A stretch of 64,000 bases of DNA from Clostridia bacterium (GTDB lineage: Bacteria; Bacillota; Clostridia; Oscillospirales; CAG-272), in contig JAGBCV010000006.1 in NCBI GenBank assembly GCA_017937845.1, positions 1-64,000 of the forward strand, read 5' to 3'. Numbering within the stretch: the stretch's first letter is position 1; the number at the start of each line of letters is the position of its first letter. Under the pieces are notes generated by a model. It was not told the origin of the DNA, did no database searches, and saw nothing but the letters and a program-made list of their open reading frames with translations. Below, in pieces: positions 47,363 through 58,546 of this stretch. The position numbers and the translations under genes are program-made.

Positions 47363-50300
47363 TTAAGAACCACTCTTAGTTTCATTCCACTTGCTTTCGA
47401 GAGCATTGACAACAGCCATGTAGAAGAAGTCACTACCGGTTGCTTCTTTTGCATCTGCCAAGTAAGCTTCCATATCGGTTGCGGTCTTGATACCCTGAAC
47501 ATATTTAGCGGAAGCGTCAGTTACAACGTCCTGAATGCTGACCTTGTCGCTATAATATTTGTCATATACGATTTCCAAGCAAACTGCTTCGATCACTTCG
47601 CCTTTTTCCTTGATGAGCTCGGATGTGTTATAACCCTTAGCCTGAAGGTCGCTTGCGAGAGCGTTGACGAGAGTGTTCATATAGTTCTGGTAAGTTACAG
47701 CGTTACTCTTAGCGAGCATGTAGTCACTGAGAGAGAGACCGATGTACTTAGCAAGCTCGTTTGTATAGAAGCCTGTTTCGTAAAGAAGATTGTAAAGATT
47801 GGTTTCTGCTTCTTCATAGGTCCACTTGTCGATCTGAGCGGAAGTGTACTTGGTACGAAGTGTATATACGAACATGGTCTTCATGGTGCTGATATACATA
47901 TCGTAGTTTTCCATATGTGTCTGTGCTTCGGAGAAAGTTTCGTAATCGATACCTGCGAGCTCGCACATCTTGTCGTTTACTTTGATTTCTTCCTCGAGGA
48001 AGTGGTCAAAGAGAGTTTCAAGAAGGAGTGCATTGGAGATACCGGATTCGCCCTTATCGTAAGTGATCTTGCCGAAGATTTCGATCAAAAGCTTCTTGTA
48101 TTCTTTTCTGAGGTTGTTGCATACGTTCTTGTATTCGTCAGAGGTCTTTGCGTAGGTTGCAAATTCTTCTGCGGAGGAGTTTACTTCGTTCAAGTAAATG
48201 TCCTTGATGCTGTTTTCAAATTCAGCCTTAACAAGACCGTTTTCGGTGAGGTATTCTTCATACATCACGTCGTATACGAGTTCAACGATGTCGGTCAAAG
48301 AATAGAGCTTCAAAAGACCTGCGCTTACCTTGCCTGTGAGCTTATCATAGTAAGCATCCTTGATCTTGGTTGCTGCTTCCATGTAAACCTGAGCGTTTGC
48401 CTTGGTTTCCTGGAATTCATCCCAAGATACGGTGTACTTGGTTGTCTTATCTTCGGGAGAAGTATATTCAAGGACGGATACCATGAAGTCCTGAACGAGC
48501 TTCACGTAATCTTCTTCCGTGAGGTTGTTCTGAGTTTCATAGTTCTGACGAACGTAGTTGAATACTGCGTTTTCAAAGTCAGCGTCTTTGAGGTTTGCGT
48601 ACTGAGCAGCTTCTTCTTCTGTGAAGAGAAGTTCAGCACTCATAACGCGGAGGTAGTCAATGTTGTTGTTGTAGTTGGTAGCGCTGCCTCTTGCTGTCGC
48701 CAAAACGATGCTTTCGGAAGCAGGACGGTTCGCAACTGCGTACTTGGTCAAATCGATGCCGCAAAGAGCAGCGAGCTTGTTGTTTGCAAGAGCAGCAAGT
48801 GCGGTGTTGGAAATGATATCTGCGTATTTTTCAGCGCTGATCTTTTCAACGATTTTACCTTCGTACCAGGAGATTCTGAAGATATCGTGGTTATCGTTGT
48901 TGAAGACGTCGATATAGCTCTTCGCAACGTTGGTTACGTTGAGGTTCTTGCCTTCTTCTGCGGGGATAAGGTCACGGTTAGAGATACCGAGTGTGTAGTT
49001 TGTACCGTCAACTCTGAGAAGGTCGCCGTTATAACCGCTGTTGGCATCTCTTTCAAAGATCTTGAACGTTACGTCGGGGTAGATTGCTGTGTAAGCCGCT
49101 GTGAGCTGGCTCATGATCGCTTCGATGTAACCGATGGAGTTGTTACCTGTGTTGGGCATGATGGAAATGGTACCGCTCATGTTGTTCTTCTTTACATAAG
49201 GATCTGCATTTTCATCCAAAACGGTATAACCAACGGTCTTGAGGATAGCCTGACCTTCCTTGCTGAGGACAAATTCAATGAAGTCGTTATCAAGCGCAGA
49301 AGCTGTACCCTTTGTAACGAAGTTCAAAGGAGTGGACTGAACGCCGGGTTCAGCCGCAAGGCATTCTACGAAGAAGGAGATGTAAGCAGACTTGAATTCA
49401 CGTCTCATGGTGTTACCCTGTGTGGTACCGTCAAGACGCTGATATTCGTCGTAATCGATGCCGATGGGTTCAAACACTTCGGTAAGACAAGCGCGCTTCA
49501 AGATTTCGGTGAGCATACCATCGAGTTCTTCATCGTCAACGTAGAAATACATGAACGGAGAGAGCGCGGAGTCAAGGTTGGTTTCCTTGTAGTAATCCCA
49601 AAGATCAAAGATCTGACCTTCTTCGGGATAACCCATGTAAACGTTACCGGTGAGAGCATTGTCCATCATGTAGGTATTGTTGCGTCTTGCAACGGTATAG
49701 CCGGTCTTGCCGTCTTCGGTTTCCACTTCAACGAGGTCATAGTTTGCAACCTCATCGTTTTCACCGTCGTATGCAACGCCATACTGAAGAATGTTCTTCA
49801 CTTCGGGGTTGGTGTTGATCGCTTCGAGGATCTGAAGCGCTCTGGTTTCATCTGCGGTGTAGGAAGAAACAGCCATCATGCCGTCAAAGATCGCATCCAT
49901 TTCAACGAAAGGATTCTGAAGGACCTTAACGTAGTAATCGTCACCAAGTTCTGCGGGGAGAGATGCATTGCCCTTCACAACGTTGACGGCGAACGCATCG
50001 GATTTTTCCGCAAAATAGCCGTTTTCACGGTATTCTTCCATCAAAATGAGATGGTTGGTATATTCGGGAATGTCAAAGAGGTTACGAACCTTAAAGTCTG
50101 TACCTTCTGCAACACTGTAACCGTAGATGGGGTTATAGTAGGTACCGACTGCAACGTCGCCTTCAAAGTAGGTATAGATACCGAGCGCATCGGGTTCTGT
50201 TGCGAGAACGGTTACGTTTTCGTTTGCCTTGACCTGCGCAAGGAAACCGTCCGCGTCAAGGTCGTCGTAAGAATCCACTGCTTCTACGTCGAAATCGTAC

Positions 50301-51064
50301 TTGTCGGCAATATCCTTGTCGACAACGAGGTAAGTATATTCAGCAAGGAGATTGTTGTTCGGAATCGCCTTGATGTCACCCGTGATGGTTTCGAGCTGTT
50401 CAAAGAACGTGGGGTAAATGTACTGCTTGAATTTTGTAAATTCATTCACAAGCTTATCCGAAACGGAAAGCAGATAATCCTTGGAATCGAGATAATCGTA
50501 CATTTCCTTACCGTCGATCATCAAAATGTCGATGGGAGAAGTAGCGTTCGGATATACGGTTTCGATCTTACCGTCTTCGTAAACAGTTGTCTGTTCAGCA
50601 GTGTAAACGGTGCCTGTGGAAAGCGTGGAAGCTTCGATCGTCTTGCCGTTCTGAGTCCATTTGCTGAAAAGACCCTTATTGTTGCTGCTGTCAGCCTGCG
50701 CTTTTTCAAGCTTGTCAGCGACGCTCTGCGCCATGCTGTTGTACTTTGCGATAGCGTTGAGTCTGGTTTTTGCCTGTTCAGCTTCGGCAACTCTCTCTTC
50801 GATGAGATCGATGTATTCGTCCGCTGTAACGAGGGTGAGTTCGATTCTTGTTTTGAACTGCTTCTCGAAGATTCTGTTCAAAGCTTCTTCGGTAGCGTCG
50901 ATCGCTTCGGCTGTCGTTGTATCTTCCGTGATACCAACGAAATTCAATGTCATCGGCAAGGCTTCATCCGATGCGGCCGGTGCGGTTTCTTCACAACCTG
51001 CCATCAGGAATGTGCCGGCGATCAAACCGAGACACAAAACAAGGCTAATAATTCGTTTCATCAT
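47363..51064 (-). CDS. Very large (~1230 aa) secreted lipoprotein with a central periplasmic-binding-protein-like segment
   Basis: Signal peptide and lipobox LMAGC. Acidic, Tyr-rich extracellular composition. PBP-like segment (PLNFVTKGTASALDNDFIEFVLSKEGQAILKTVGY). The 1257-aa ORF on the other strand is low-complexity antisense. Confidence 0.6.
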   Translation of the reverse strand: MMKRIISLVLCLGLIAGTFLMAGCEETAPAASDEALPMTLNFVGITEDTTTAEAIDATEEALNRIFEKQFKTRIELTLVTADEYIDLIEERVAEAEQAKTRLNAIAKYNSMAQSVADKLEKAQADSSNNKGLFSKWTQNGKTIEASTLSTGTVYTAEQTTVYEDGKIETVYPNATSPIDILMIDGKEMYDYLDSKDYLLSVSDKLVNEFTKFKQYIYPTFFEQLETITGDIKAIPNNNLLAEYTYLVVDKDIADKYDFDVEAVDSYDDLDADGFLAQVKANENVTVLATEPDALGIYTYFEGDVAVGTYYNPIYGYSVAEGTDFKVRNLFDIPEYTNHLILMEEYRENGYFAEKSDAFAVNVVKGNASLPAELGDDYYVKVLQNPFVEMDAIFDGMMAVSSYTADETRALQILEAINTNPEVKNILQYGVAYDGENDEVANYDLVEVETEDGKTGYTVARRNNTYMMDNALTGNVYMGYPEEGQIFDLWDYYKETNLDSALSPFMYFYVDDEELDGMLTEILKRACLTEVFEPIGIDYDEYQRLDGTTQGNTMRREFKSAYISFFVECLAAEPGVQSTPLNFVTKGTASALDNDFIEFVLSKEGQAILKTVGYTVLDENADPYVKKNNMSGTISIMPNTGNNSIGYIEAIMSQLTAAYTAIYPDVTFKIFERDANSGYNGDLLRVDGTNYTLGISNRDLIPAEEGKNLNVTNVAKSYIDVFNNDNHDIFRISWYEGKIVEKISAEKYADIISNTALAALANNKLAALCGIDLTKYAVANRPASESIVLATARGSATNYNNNIDYLRVMSAELLFTEEEAAQYANLKDADFENAVFNYVRQNYETQNNLTEEDYVKLVQDFMVSVLEYTSPEDKTTKYTVSWDEFQETKANAQVYMEAATKIKDAYYDKLTGKVSAGLLKLYSLTDIVELVYDVMYEEYLTENGLVKAEFENSIKDIYLNEVNSSAEEFATYAKTSDEYKNVCNNLRKEYKKLLIEIFGKITYDKGESGISNALLLETLFDHFLEEEIKVNDKMCELAGIDYETFSEAQTHMENYDMYISTMKTMFVYTLRTKYTSAQIDKWTYEEAETNLYNLLYETGFYTNELAKYIGLSLSDYMLAKSNAVTYQNYMNTLVNALASDLQAKGYNTSELIKEKGEVIEAVCLEIVYDKYYSDKVSIQDVVTDASAKYVQGIKTATDMEAYLADAKEATGSDFFYMAVVNALESKWNETKSGS

Positions 51065-51364
51065 GTGGCGTTTTCCTCCCAAAAATTTGTCTTCCGAGCA
51101 GTCGGAAACTGAGTAATAATAACACTATATATTGTATATCAAAAATGCCACTCTGTCAAGGCATTTTTCGCAAACCGTTTGATTAAAATTCGTGAAAATT
51201 TCCATCAAGAGTTGGAAAAAACTTCGCTTTTTTGGGTCATTTTGCACAATATTTCGACTCCAAAATGGAAAAATTGGCGCACTCAAGTGTGCAAATATCC
51301 CAAAAGAAATCCGACAAATTGTGCAAATCAAACCAATCGTAGAAAATTTACAATTTTTTTTGGT

Positions 51365-52549
51365 TTAGTTCAAATAATCGCGGAGCTTTTTCGAGCGGCT
51401 CGGGTGTCTGAGCTTGCGAAGCGCCTTGGCTTCGATCTGACGGATGCGTTCGCGCGTGATGTTGAACTGCTGACCGACCTCCTCAAGCGTGCGCTGACGG
51501 CCGTCTTCAAGACCGAAACGCAGACGAAGAACCTGTTCTTCGCGGGGGGTAAGGGTATGAAGGACCTCGTTAAGCTGTTCGCGGAGAAGCTCGTAGGACG
51601 CGGCTTCTGCGGGCGCGGGAGATTCCTGGTCTTCGATAAAGTCGCCGATATGGCTGTCTTCCTCTTCACCGACAGGGGTCTCGAGGGAGATGGGGTCCTG
51701 CGCGATCTTCATGATCTCACGAACCTTGTCGGGGTTCATGTTCATTTCCTTTGCGACCTCTGCCGCGGAGACCTCACGACCCTTTTCCTGAAGCATCTGA
51801 CGGGAGACCTTCGTCACCTTGTGAATGGTTTCCACCATGTGTACGGGGATACGAATGGTACGCGCCTGGTCTGCGATGGCACGGGTGATCGCCTGACGGA
51901 TCCACCACGTTGCGTAAGTCGAGAACTTATAGCCCTTGGTGTAGTCAAACTTAGAGACCGCCTTCATAAGACCGAGGTTACCCTCCTGAATGAGGTCGAG
52001 GAAGAAAAGTCCCTTACCGACGTAGCGCTTTGCGATGCTGACGACAAGACGGAGGTTCGCTTCCACAAGCTCCTTCTTCGCCTTTTCGTCGCCCTCAGAC
52101 ATTCTGCGCGCAAGGTCGGCTTCTCTGTCCGCATCCAAAAGCGGAACGCGACCGATCTCCTTGAGGTAAAGCTTGACAGGGTCGTCGATCATCAGACCCT
52201 CGGATGCGAGGATCTTTTCCATATTCTCGGGCTTATCAAAGCCGTCAAGCTCCGCTTCGATATCGTCCTCCGCGCTGCCAAGGAGCGCTTCGTCGTCAAA
52301 GCAAGCGTTAACGTCGATGCCGAGCGCGCTGAGTTCCTCGTAAAGCTTGTCGATCTGGTCGATATCATAATCGGAATCACCGAGCGCGGCGAGGATCTCG
52401 CTGTTTGTCAGCGAACCGTTCTTCTTCGCCTTATCGATCAGATTCTGGATGTCGTTCTTGCCGGCACCCTCATCCGCCTTCTGAGAAAGAGCGTCTTTTT
52501 CTTCCGCAACGGCTTTTGCCGCCTTTTCTTTCTTGTTTTCCAAATCCAT
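51365..52549 (-). CDS. rpoD: Primary RNA polymerase sigma factor SigA/RpoD
   Basis: Regions 1.2 to 4.2 recognisable (...[29 protein letters not shown]..., ...[29 protein letters not shown]). Confidence 0.9.
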   Translation of the reverse strand: MDLENKKEKAAKAVAEEKDALSQKADEGAGKNDIQNLIDKAKKNGSLTNSEILAALGDSDYDIDQIDKLYEELSALGIDVNACFDDEALLGSAEDDIEAELDGFDKPENMEKILASEGLMIDDPVKLYLKEIGRVPLLDADREADLARRMSEGDEKAKKELVEANLRLVVSIAKRYVGKGLFFLDLIQEGNLGLMKAVSKFDYTKGYKFSTYATWWIRQAITRAIADQARTIRIPVHMVETIHKVTKVSRQMLQEKGREVSAAEVAKEMNMNPDKVREIMKIAQDPISLETPVGEEEDSHIGDFIEDQESPAPAEAASYELLREQLNEVLHTLTPREEQVLRLRFGLEDGRQRTLEEVGQQFNITRERIRQIEAKALRKLRHPSRSKKLRDYLN

Positions 52550-52576
52550 GTTTTCTATCCTCCAAAAATTTATATA

Positions 52577-54319
52577 TCATTTCTTTTTTCTGTCCAGCAG
52601 GCTCCGAATATCCGCAAGATCGTCCTCAGATGCTTCTCTCGGCGCTTCCGCCTTGAGCGTTCGGATATGGTCCGAAAGCACCGATGCGTCGTTTTTGGAA
52701 AGGGACGCGCGCGAAACCTGCATTTTCGTGATGCGTGAGATCTCATCGAGCGTGAACGTCTCCGCAAGCGTACCGATATCAAAGGGGTCGTCACCGTCCA
52801 AAATGGCACAGAAGACCTTTTTATTGAAATCGGTGAGAAAATCCTCCGCCGAAAGCGATATCTGTCCGCTTCGTATCTCGCGCACGAGCTCGGGACGCAA
52901 AAGCAAGATACCGAGAATCGCCTCCTCTGCCCTTGCCGCCTTGGCATTCTTCACAAAATCGCGATTGACACGGTCGCCGTAGCCGAGCGTATCCGAAACG
53001 ATACGCCGACGCATTTCCGCCGTTTCATCTCTGCGGTTTCGTCGCATCTGACGCTCCACGTCGTTTTTCATGCTTTTCGGGTCAACGGAAAGCTTTTCCG
53101 CCATTCTCGTTATGTAGATCTCGCGCTCCACGTCGGAATAGACCTCGGAAAGTACACGGCAAAGCTCGTCCGCCGCCTTGGTCTTTTCCTCGGGAAGCAG
53201 AATATTATATTTTTTCAAGACCTGCTCGCAAAGATAGTCCATCTTGCCCTGACTGTCGTCAAGAAGCGTTTTGAAGCGCGTCGCTCCGTATTTTTTGATG
53301 AATTCATCGGGGTCCTTTGCGCCCTCCAAGCGGAGCATCTTGACCTCCAAGCCCACCTCCGTGAGCATCGGAATGGCGCGTTTGGCGGCGTTTACACCGG
53401 CATCGTCGCTATCGTAAGCCAAAATGACCTTTTTGGTATATTTCGCCATGATGCGCGCCTGCTCGGTCGTGAGCGCCGTACCGAGCGTGGCGACGGCATT
53501 CGGAAATCCCGCCATATTCACGGCGATCACGTCCATATAGCCTTCGCAAAGGATGAGCGATTCCGCAGACGCCTTTCTCGCAAAATTCAGCGCGAAAAGA
53601 TTGCGGCTCTTCTTAAAAACAGGTGTGTCGGAGCTGTTGAGATATTTCGGCTTGGCATCTCCGAGGATACGCCCGCCGAACGCCACGACGTTTGAAAAAT
53701 TATCAATAATGGGAAACATGACGCGTCCGCGAAAATAATCGAAATAATTGCCCGTACGCTCGCTCTTACCGCAAAGGAACGCCGTTTTCAGCTCCTCGTC
53801 GGTATAACCGAGGCTGTGCATATGCTTTCTGAGTGCATCGAATCGATCGGGCGCGTAGCCAAGACCGAAGCGCTTGACCGCCGCCGCAGTCAGTCCTCGC
53901 TTGGCAAGATACGCTCTTGCAGGCTCTGCCTCGGGGGTGTGGAGCATCTGATTGAAAAAACGAGCCGCCGCGCGGTTCATTTCGTAAAACCGCGTACGTT
54001 TATCGCTTTCGTTCTCATGCTCACCCGTATCGGGCATGGCAAGTCCCGCACGCTTTGCGAGAAATTCGATGGCACCCATGTATTCGAGATTTTCTGCACG
54101 CATCACAAAGGAGATCACGTCGCCGCCCGCACCGCAACCGAAGCAATGAAAGGTTTCGGTATTGGGAAAGACGGTAAACGACGGCGTTTTCTCGCTATGA
54201 AAAGGACAAAGTCCTTGATAATTGGAGCCGGCACGCTTCAAATTGACATACGAACCGATGACGTCATCAATTCGGTTTCGGTATTTGACTTCCTCAATGA
54301 AGCTGTGAGGAATCTTCAT
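52577..54319 (-). CDS. dnaG: DNA primase DnaG
   Basis: Zinc ribbon CPFHSEKTPSFTV, TOPRIM region (EGYMDVIA...DSDDAG), C-terminal helicase-binding domain. Classic dnaG-rpoD linkage. Confidence 0.9.
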   Translation of the reverse strand: MKIPHSFIEEVKYRNRIDDVIGSYVNLKRAGSNYQGLCPFHSEKTPSFTVFPNTETFHCFGCGAGGDVISFVMRAENLEYMGAIEFLAKRAGLAMPDTGEHENESDKRTRFYEMNRAAARFFNQMLHTPEAEPARAYLAKRGLTAAAVKRFGLGYAPDRFDALRKHMHSLGYTDEELKTAFLCGKSERTGNYFDYFRGRVMFPIIDNFSNVVAFGGRILGDAKPKYLNSSDTPVFKKSRNLFALNFARKASAESLILCEGYMDVIAVNMAGFPNAVATLGTALTTEQARIMAKYTKKVILAYDSDDAGVNAAKRAIPMLTEVGLEVKMLRLEGAKDPDEFIKKYGATRFKTLLDDSQGKMDYLCEQVLKKYNILLPEEKTKAADELCRVLSEVYSDVEREIYITRMAEKLSVDPKSMKNDVERQMRRNRRDETAEMRRRIVSDTLGYGDRVNRDFVKNAKAARAEEAILGILLLRPELVREIRSGQISLSAEDFLTDFNKKVFCAILDGDDPFDIGTLAETFTLDEISRITKMQVSRASLSKNDASVLSDHIRTLKAEAPREASEDDLADIRSLLDRKKK

Positions 54320-54349
54320 CGCACCGCCTCCTTTCCTAAGATTATATAA

Positions 54350-55381
54350 TCAATTCACCTTCCACACCTTGGGAATGAACAGATTTTCAAAAACGCTGAT
54401 GGCATAACGGTCGGTCATGCCCGCGATATAATCGCAAACGCGGCGCTCCACGGAATCCGTTTCTCCGTAGATACGGCGCTCCTCCCTCGGTATTTTATCG
54501 GGATTTTTGACAAGATATTCATACATACGGCGAAGCATACCCTTGGCGCGTATCTCCTCTCCCTTTGCCTCGGGGTTTCGATAGACGTTTTCAAAGAGAA
54601 ATGCGCGAAGCTCCATCATGGCGCTTCCGATCTCGGGTGTCATGAAAATATCGTTTTGCCCCGTCGAGCTCGTGATGATATCGTTGACAAGGGTCGCAAT
54701 ACGCTGAGAATGTGTTCTGCCGAGAAGCTCGAGTATCTCCGCGGGGATATCCTCGATGCGAAGGATCTTTCCGCGAATGGCATCGTCGATATCGTGATTG
54801 ATATAGGCGATCCTATCCGCAAATTTGATGATGCGCCCCTCCAAGGTATCCGCTTGATGTTCGCCCGCATGATTGAGGATCCCGTCCCGAACCTCGTAAG
54901 TGAGATTCAGTCCCATACCGTTGTTTTCGAGCTTATCCACCACGCGTAGACTTTGGCGGTAATGGGTAAAATCGGGAGAATAGCACTCCTGCAAGACCTG
55001 CTCGCCTGCGTGACCGAACGGCGTATGACCGAGGTCATGTCCGAGCGCCGCGGCTTCCGTCAAGTCCTCGTTGAGCCGAAGACCGCGCGCGATGGTCCTT
55101 GCGATCTGCGCCACCTCCAGCGTATGCGTAAGCCGTGTGCGATAGTGGTCATCCTCGGGACAGAGAAAGACCTGCGTCTTATGCATCAATCGGCGAAACG
55201 ATTTGGAGTGGATGATGCGGTCGCGGTCGCGCTGAAATTCCGTGCGCGTAGTACAAGGAGGCGTGAGCTGTTCTCTGCCCCGCGTGTTCTCGCTAAGACA
55301 AGCAAATTCAGAGAGATACGAATGCTCTCTCTCGCAAACCATCTGTGCAACCGTCATAAGCATCACCTCCGAGGCAGACAT
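54350..55381 (-). CDS. dGTP triphosphohydrolase-like HD-domain protein
   Basis: HD motif HTLEVAQIAR...LGHDLGHTPFGH. Position upstream of dnaG. Start approximate. Confidence 0.75.
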   Translation of the reverse strand: MSASEVMLMTVAQMVCEREHSYLSEFACLSENTRGREQLTPPCTTRTEFQRDRDRIIHSKSFRRLMHKTQVFLCPEDDHYRTRLTHTLEVAQIARTIARGLRLNEDLTEAAALGHDLGHTPFGHAGEQVLQECYSPDFTHYRQSLRVVDKLENNGMGLNLTYEVRDGILNHAGEHQADTLEGRIIKFADRIAYINHDIDDAIRGKILRIEDIPAEILELLGRTHSQRIATLVNDIITSSTGQNDIFMTPEIGSAMMELRAFLFENVYRNPEAKGEEIRAKGMLRRMYEYLVKNPDKIPREERRIYGETDSVERRVCDYIAGMTDRYAISVFENLFIPKVWKVN

Positions 55382-55479
55382 TCCGCCCGTTTTGTGTATC
55401 AACTGCTAATAAGATACGCAAAAACGCCAAAAAATCCTCTTTCTTTTTCAAAAAAATCAAAATTTTTTTGAATCTGATG

Positions 55480-56097
55480 TCAAATATCGTATCTCTCACC
55501 CGTTTTATGGGGTGTGAGCTTACCGTTTGTCATGCTGTAAACCGATTTTTCAAAGGCTTCGTATTCCTCTGAAAGCACAGCAAGACGGAGTTTGATGTTA
55601 CCGCCGAAATCCGTGTCGTCCGTGATGATGGTGCGTCTGCCGATATCGTAGAGCAATTTATCGTAAAGCCCGTAATCGCAGATAACGGTACATTCCGTGT
55701 AATTCCGATACGTAACGATACCCGCTTCCTCGACCGCCATCGCCGCCGCCTTGGAATAAGCGCGGACAAGTCCGGGCGCACCGAGCAGGATACCACCAAA
55801 ATAACGGGTCACGACGACCACCGCGCCGTCAACGCCGCTCTTTTTGAGAACTTCCAAAACGGGAACACCGCCCGTTCCCTTGGGCTCGCCGTCGTCGCTG
55901 TATCTGACGGCGTTGCCTGCCATGTAAGCGGACACGTTATGACGCGCATCGGCGTGCTTTTTCTTGATCTGCGCGATAAATTCTTCGGCTTCCTCCGCCG
56001 TTTTGATGGGCTTGGCATAGCCGATAAAAACGGATTTTTTCTCCGTAAATTCCGCGCTGGCTTCTTTTCCAAGTGTTGTCAAATTCTGTTCTGCCAT
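55480..56097 (-). CDS. YigZ/IMPACT-family (UPF0029) protein
   Basis: KKSVFIGYAKPIKTAEEAEEFI and RYFGGILLGAPGL family motifs. Start at MAEQNL. Confidence 0.75.
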   Translation of the reverse strand: MAEQNLTTLGKEASAEFTEKKSVFIGYAKPIKTAEEAEEFIAQIKKKHADARHNVSAYMAGNAVRYSDDGEPKGTGGVPVLEVLKKSGVDGAVVVVTRYFGGILLGAPGLVRAYSKAAAMAVEEAGIVTYRNYTECTVICDYGLYDKLLYDIGRRTIITDDTDFGGNIKLRLAVLSEEYEAFEKSVYSMTNGKLTPHKTGERYDI

Positions 56098-56104
56098 AAC
56101 GACC

Positions 56105-57382
56105 TCACTCGGCTTTGATGAATCTTGCAAGCTGTCCTGCCGTCTTGCTGTCGCAGACGGCTTTCACGATTGCGCCGTTTTCGGTATATTCGGTATCCAG
56201 CACGTTTGCATCGCGGTAAAGCGTATTGATCAGACCGAGCTTATCCGCAGGAAATGCAAAGGTGTATTCCTTTTTGCCCGCCGTCGCCAGCTCCTCAAGG
56301 CGCTTTACAAGCTCCTCCGTACCTTCGCCCGTTTTGGCGGAGATATAGACGTTCTGATGTGTTGGCGTTGTCGGGTGCGAGGCAAATCCACGGTCACATT
56401 TGTTATAAACGAACAAAACGGACTTATCCGATGCGCCAAGCTCGTCGATCAGGCTTCTCGTTACGTCGAGCTGTGCCATCGATTCGGGGTCGGAAGCATC
56501 GACCACGACAAGGATCGCATCTGCATAGCAGACCTCGTCAAGCGTCGAGCGGAACGCGCGAATGAGATGGTGCGGAAGATTGCGGATAAAGCCTACCGTA
56601 TCGGTAAGCAAGATTTCTTCTCCCGAGGGAAGCTCGAATTTTCTCGTCGTGGGGTCGAGCGTTGCAAAGAGCTTATCCTCCGCGAGGATTCCCGCGTCGG
56701 TCAAATAATTGAGAAGCGTAGATTTTCCCGCGTTGGTATACCCTGCGATCGCAACCTTGAAGATACCCGAACGGTCACGGCTGTTTCTCTGTACGGCGCG
56801 GTTCTTTGCCAGCTCCTCGAGCGCCTCCTCCAGCGCATCCATACGGCGCTTGACGTGTCGTCTATCGGTTTCGAGCTTGCTTTCACCCGGACCTCTCGTG
56901 CCGATACCGCCACCAAGACGGGAAAGCTCCGTACCGTGTCCCGTCAGACGCGGAACCGTATATTTGAGCTGAGCAAGCTCGACTTGGAGCTTACCTTCAC
57001 CGCTTGTCGCGTGGAGCGCGAAAATATCGAGAATGAGCATACTGCGGTCGATGACCTGCACGTCGCCAAGGTCATTTTCGAGGTTCTTGATCTGCGAGGG
57101 AGAAAGCTCGCAGTCAAAAATGACCATCGAGATCCCTCCGTTTTTGCAAAGCTCGGCAAGCTCCTGTACCTTACCGCTGCCGATATAGGTGCGCGGATCG
57201 GGAGATTCCTTTTCCTGTACCATGCGTGCGTAAACGGTCGCGCCCGCGGTCTCGGCGAGGCGCTCCAGCTCGTCAAAGGACGCTTCTCTGTCTGCGCTGT
57301 CCGCGCCCTTTTCCATAACGGCGACGAGAATGACCTCTCTTTTTTCTTCTTGTTTGGATTCAAAAATACTTTCTGTTTTCAT
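56105..57382 (-). CDS. hflX: GTPase HflX
   Basis: HflX N-terminal domain and G-domain motifs GYTNAGKST and DTVGF. Confidence 0.9.
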   Translation of the reverse strand: MKTESIFESKQEEKREVILVAVMEKGADSADREASFDELERLAETAGATVYARMVQEKESPDPRTYIGSGKVQELAELCKNGGISMVIFDCELSPSQIKNLENDLGDVQVIDRSMLILDIFALHATSGEGKLQVELAQLKYTVPRLTGHGTELSRLGGGIGTRGPGESKLETDRRHVKRRMDALEEALEELAKNRAVQRNSRDRSGIFKVAIAGYTNAGKSTLLNYLTDAGILAEDKLFATLDPTTRKFELPSGEEILLTDTVGFIRNLPHHLIRAFRSTLDEVCYADAILVVVDASDPESMAQLDVTRSLIDELGASDKSVLFVYNKCDRGFASHPTTPTHQNVYISAKTGEGTEELVKRLEELATAGKKEYTFAFPADKLGLINTLYRDANVLDTEYTENGAIVKAVCDSKTAGQLARFIKAE

Positions 57383-57471
57383 AGATTCTCCTTTGATGGA
57401 ATAAAGGATAGAAAAAGAGCAGGAAAACCATATAGGATTTCCTGCTACTAACTCTTTCGGTCATGCAATCA

Positions 57472-57675
57472 TTATTTCTTGGATTCAAGACGCTTTTTGA
57501 ATTTGTCTACACGTCCGCCGGCATCAACGAATTTCTGTTTGCCGGTAAAGAAAGGATGACATTTGGAACAAATTTCAACTTTGAAATCGCCCTTTGTGGA
57601 TTTGGTTTCGATAACTTCGCCACAAGCGCATCTAACAGTTGCATCAACGTAGTTAGGATGGATTCCTTCTTTCAT
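57472..57675 (-). CDS. rpmE: 50S ribosomal protein L31
   Basis: MKEGIHPNY...CxxC...[10 protein letters not shown], 67 aa. Confidence 0.9.
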   Translation of the reverse strand: MKEGIHPNYVDATVRCACGEVIETKSTKGDFKVEICSKCHPFFTGKQKFVDAGGRVDKFKKRLESKK

Positions 57676-57769
57676 TGTTTACACCTCACCTTTCATATAA
57701 TCACAGTGTTCTCATTATACCATAAATTTTTATTTTTGCAATAGTTTTTCGTAATTTTTTTCGATTTTT

Positions 57770-58480
57770 TTACAGTTTATCTTGGATTTCTTCTTTCAAA
57801 TGCGCGAGTATCCGTTTTTCAAGGCGTGATATGTAGGATTGTGAAATACCAAGCGCGTCCGCGACCTCCTTTTGGGTCATTTCTCTGCCCCCGTGAAGCC
57901 CGAATCTCATTTCGATAATTTCTCTTTCGCGCGGCGCAAGCGTTGCCACGGCATCGTAGATGATCTTTTTTTCTTCATCGGCTTCGATGCCCTGCATCGC
58001 GCTGTCCTCATCTGTCCCGAGGATATCGGAAAGCACAAGCTCGTTGCCGTCGTAATCCGTGGAAAGCGGTTCATCGATGGAAAGCTCCACGCGCAGATTG
58101 CTGCTCTTGCGTATGAACATCAAAATTTCATTTTCGATGCACCGCGACGCATAGGTCGCAAGCTTGATATTTTTATCGGGGCGAAAGGTATTCGCCGCCT
58201 TCATAAGTCCGATCGTGCCGATGGAGATAAGGTCATCCATGCCGATGCCCGTATTTTCAAATTTTTTTGCGATATAAACGACAAGGCGGAGATTTCTTTC
58301 CACAAGGATACCGCGAAAGCGCTTGTCGCCGTCGAGATTCGCTAAAAGCTCCGCTTCCTCCTCTGCGGAAAGCGGCGGCGGAAGCGTATCCGTCTTTCCG
58401 ATATAATATACCCCGCGTTCTCCGCGCATGGACAAAAAAAGTCGCACGAGCCAAAGCCTGAATTTCAAAAACCATTTCAT
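57770..58480 (-). CDS. sigE: Sporulation sigma factor SigE (pro-sigma-E with N-terminal pro-sequence)
   Basis: Hydrophobic pro-peptide MKWFLKFRLWLVRLFL, then YYIGKTDTLPPPLSAEEE as in pro-sigma-E. Immediately downstream of spoIIGA. Confidence 0.85.
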   Translation of the reverse strand: MKWFLKFRLWLVRLFLSMRGERGVYYIGKTDTLPPPLSAEEEAELLANLDGDKRFRGILVERNLRLVVYIAKKFENTGIGMDDLISIGTIGLMKAANTFRPDKNIKLATYASRCIENEILMFIRKSSNLRVELSIDEPLSTDYDGNELVLSDILGTDEDSAMQGIEADEEKKIIYDAVATLAPREREIIEMRFGLHGGREMTQKEVADALGISQSYISRLEKRILAHLKEEIQDKL

Positions 58481-58546
58481 AAAATATTCCCCCTATCATA
58501 ACACAAACATATCTTGTGTTTCACGCCCGTGTCATTCTAAGCGTAA

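Noticed and set aside
47339-51112. 1257-aa ORF antisense to the large lipoprotein gene
   Set aside because: The product is dominated by V/F/C/G runs with no signal sequence or motifs. The opposite strand encodes a protein with a proper lipoprotein signal peptide and extracellular-type composition.
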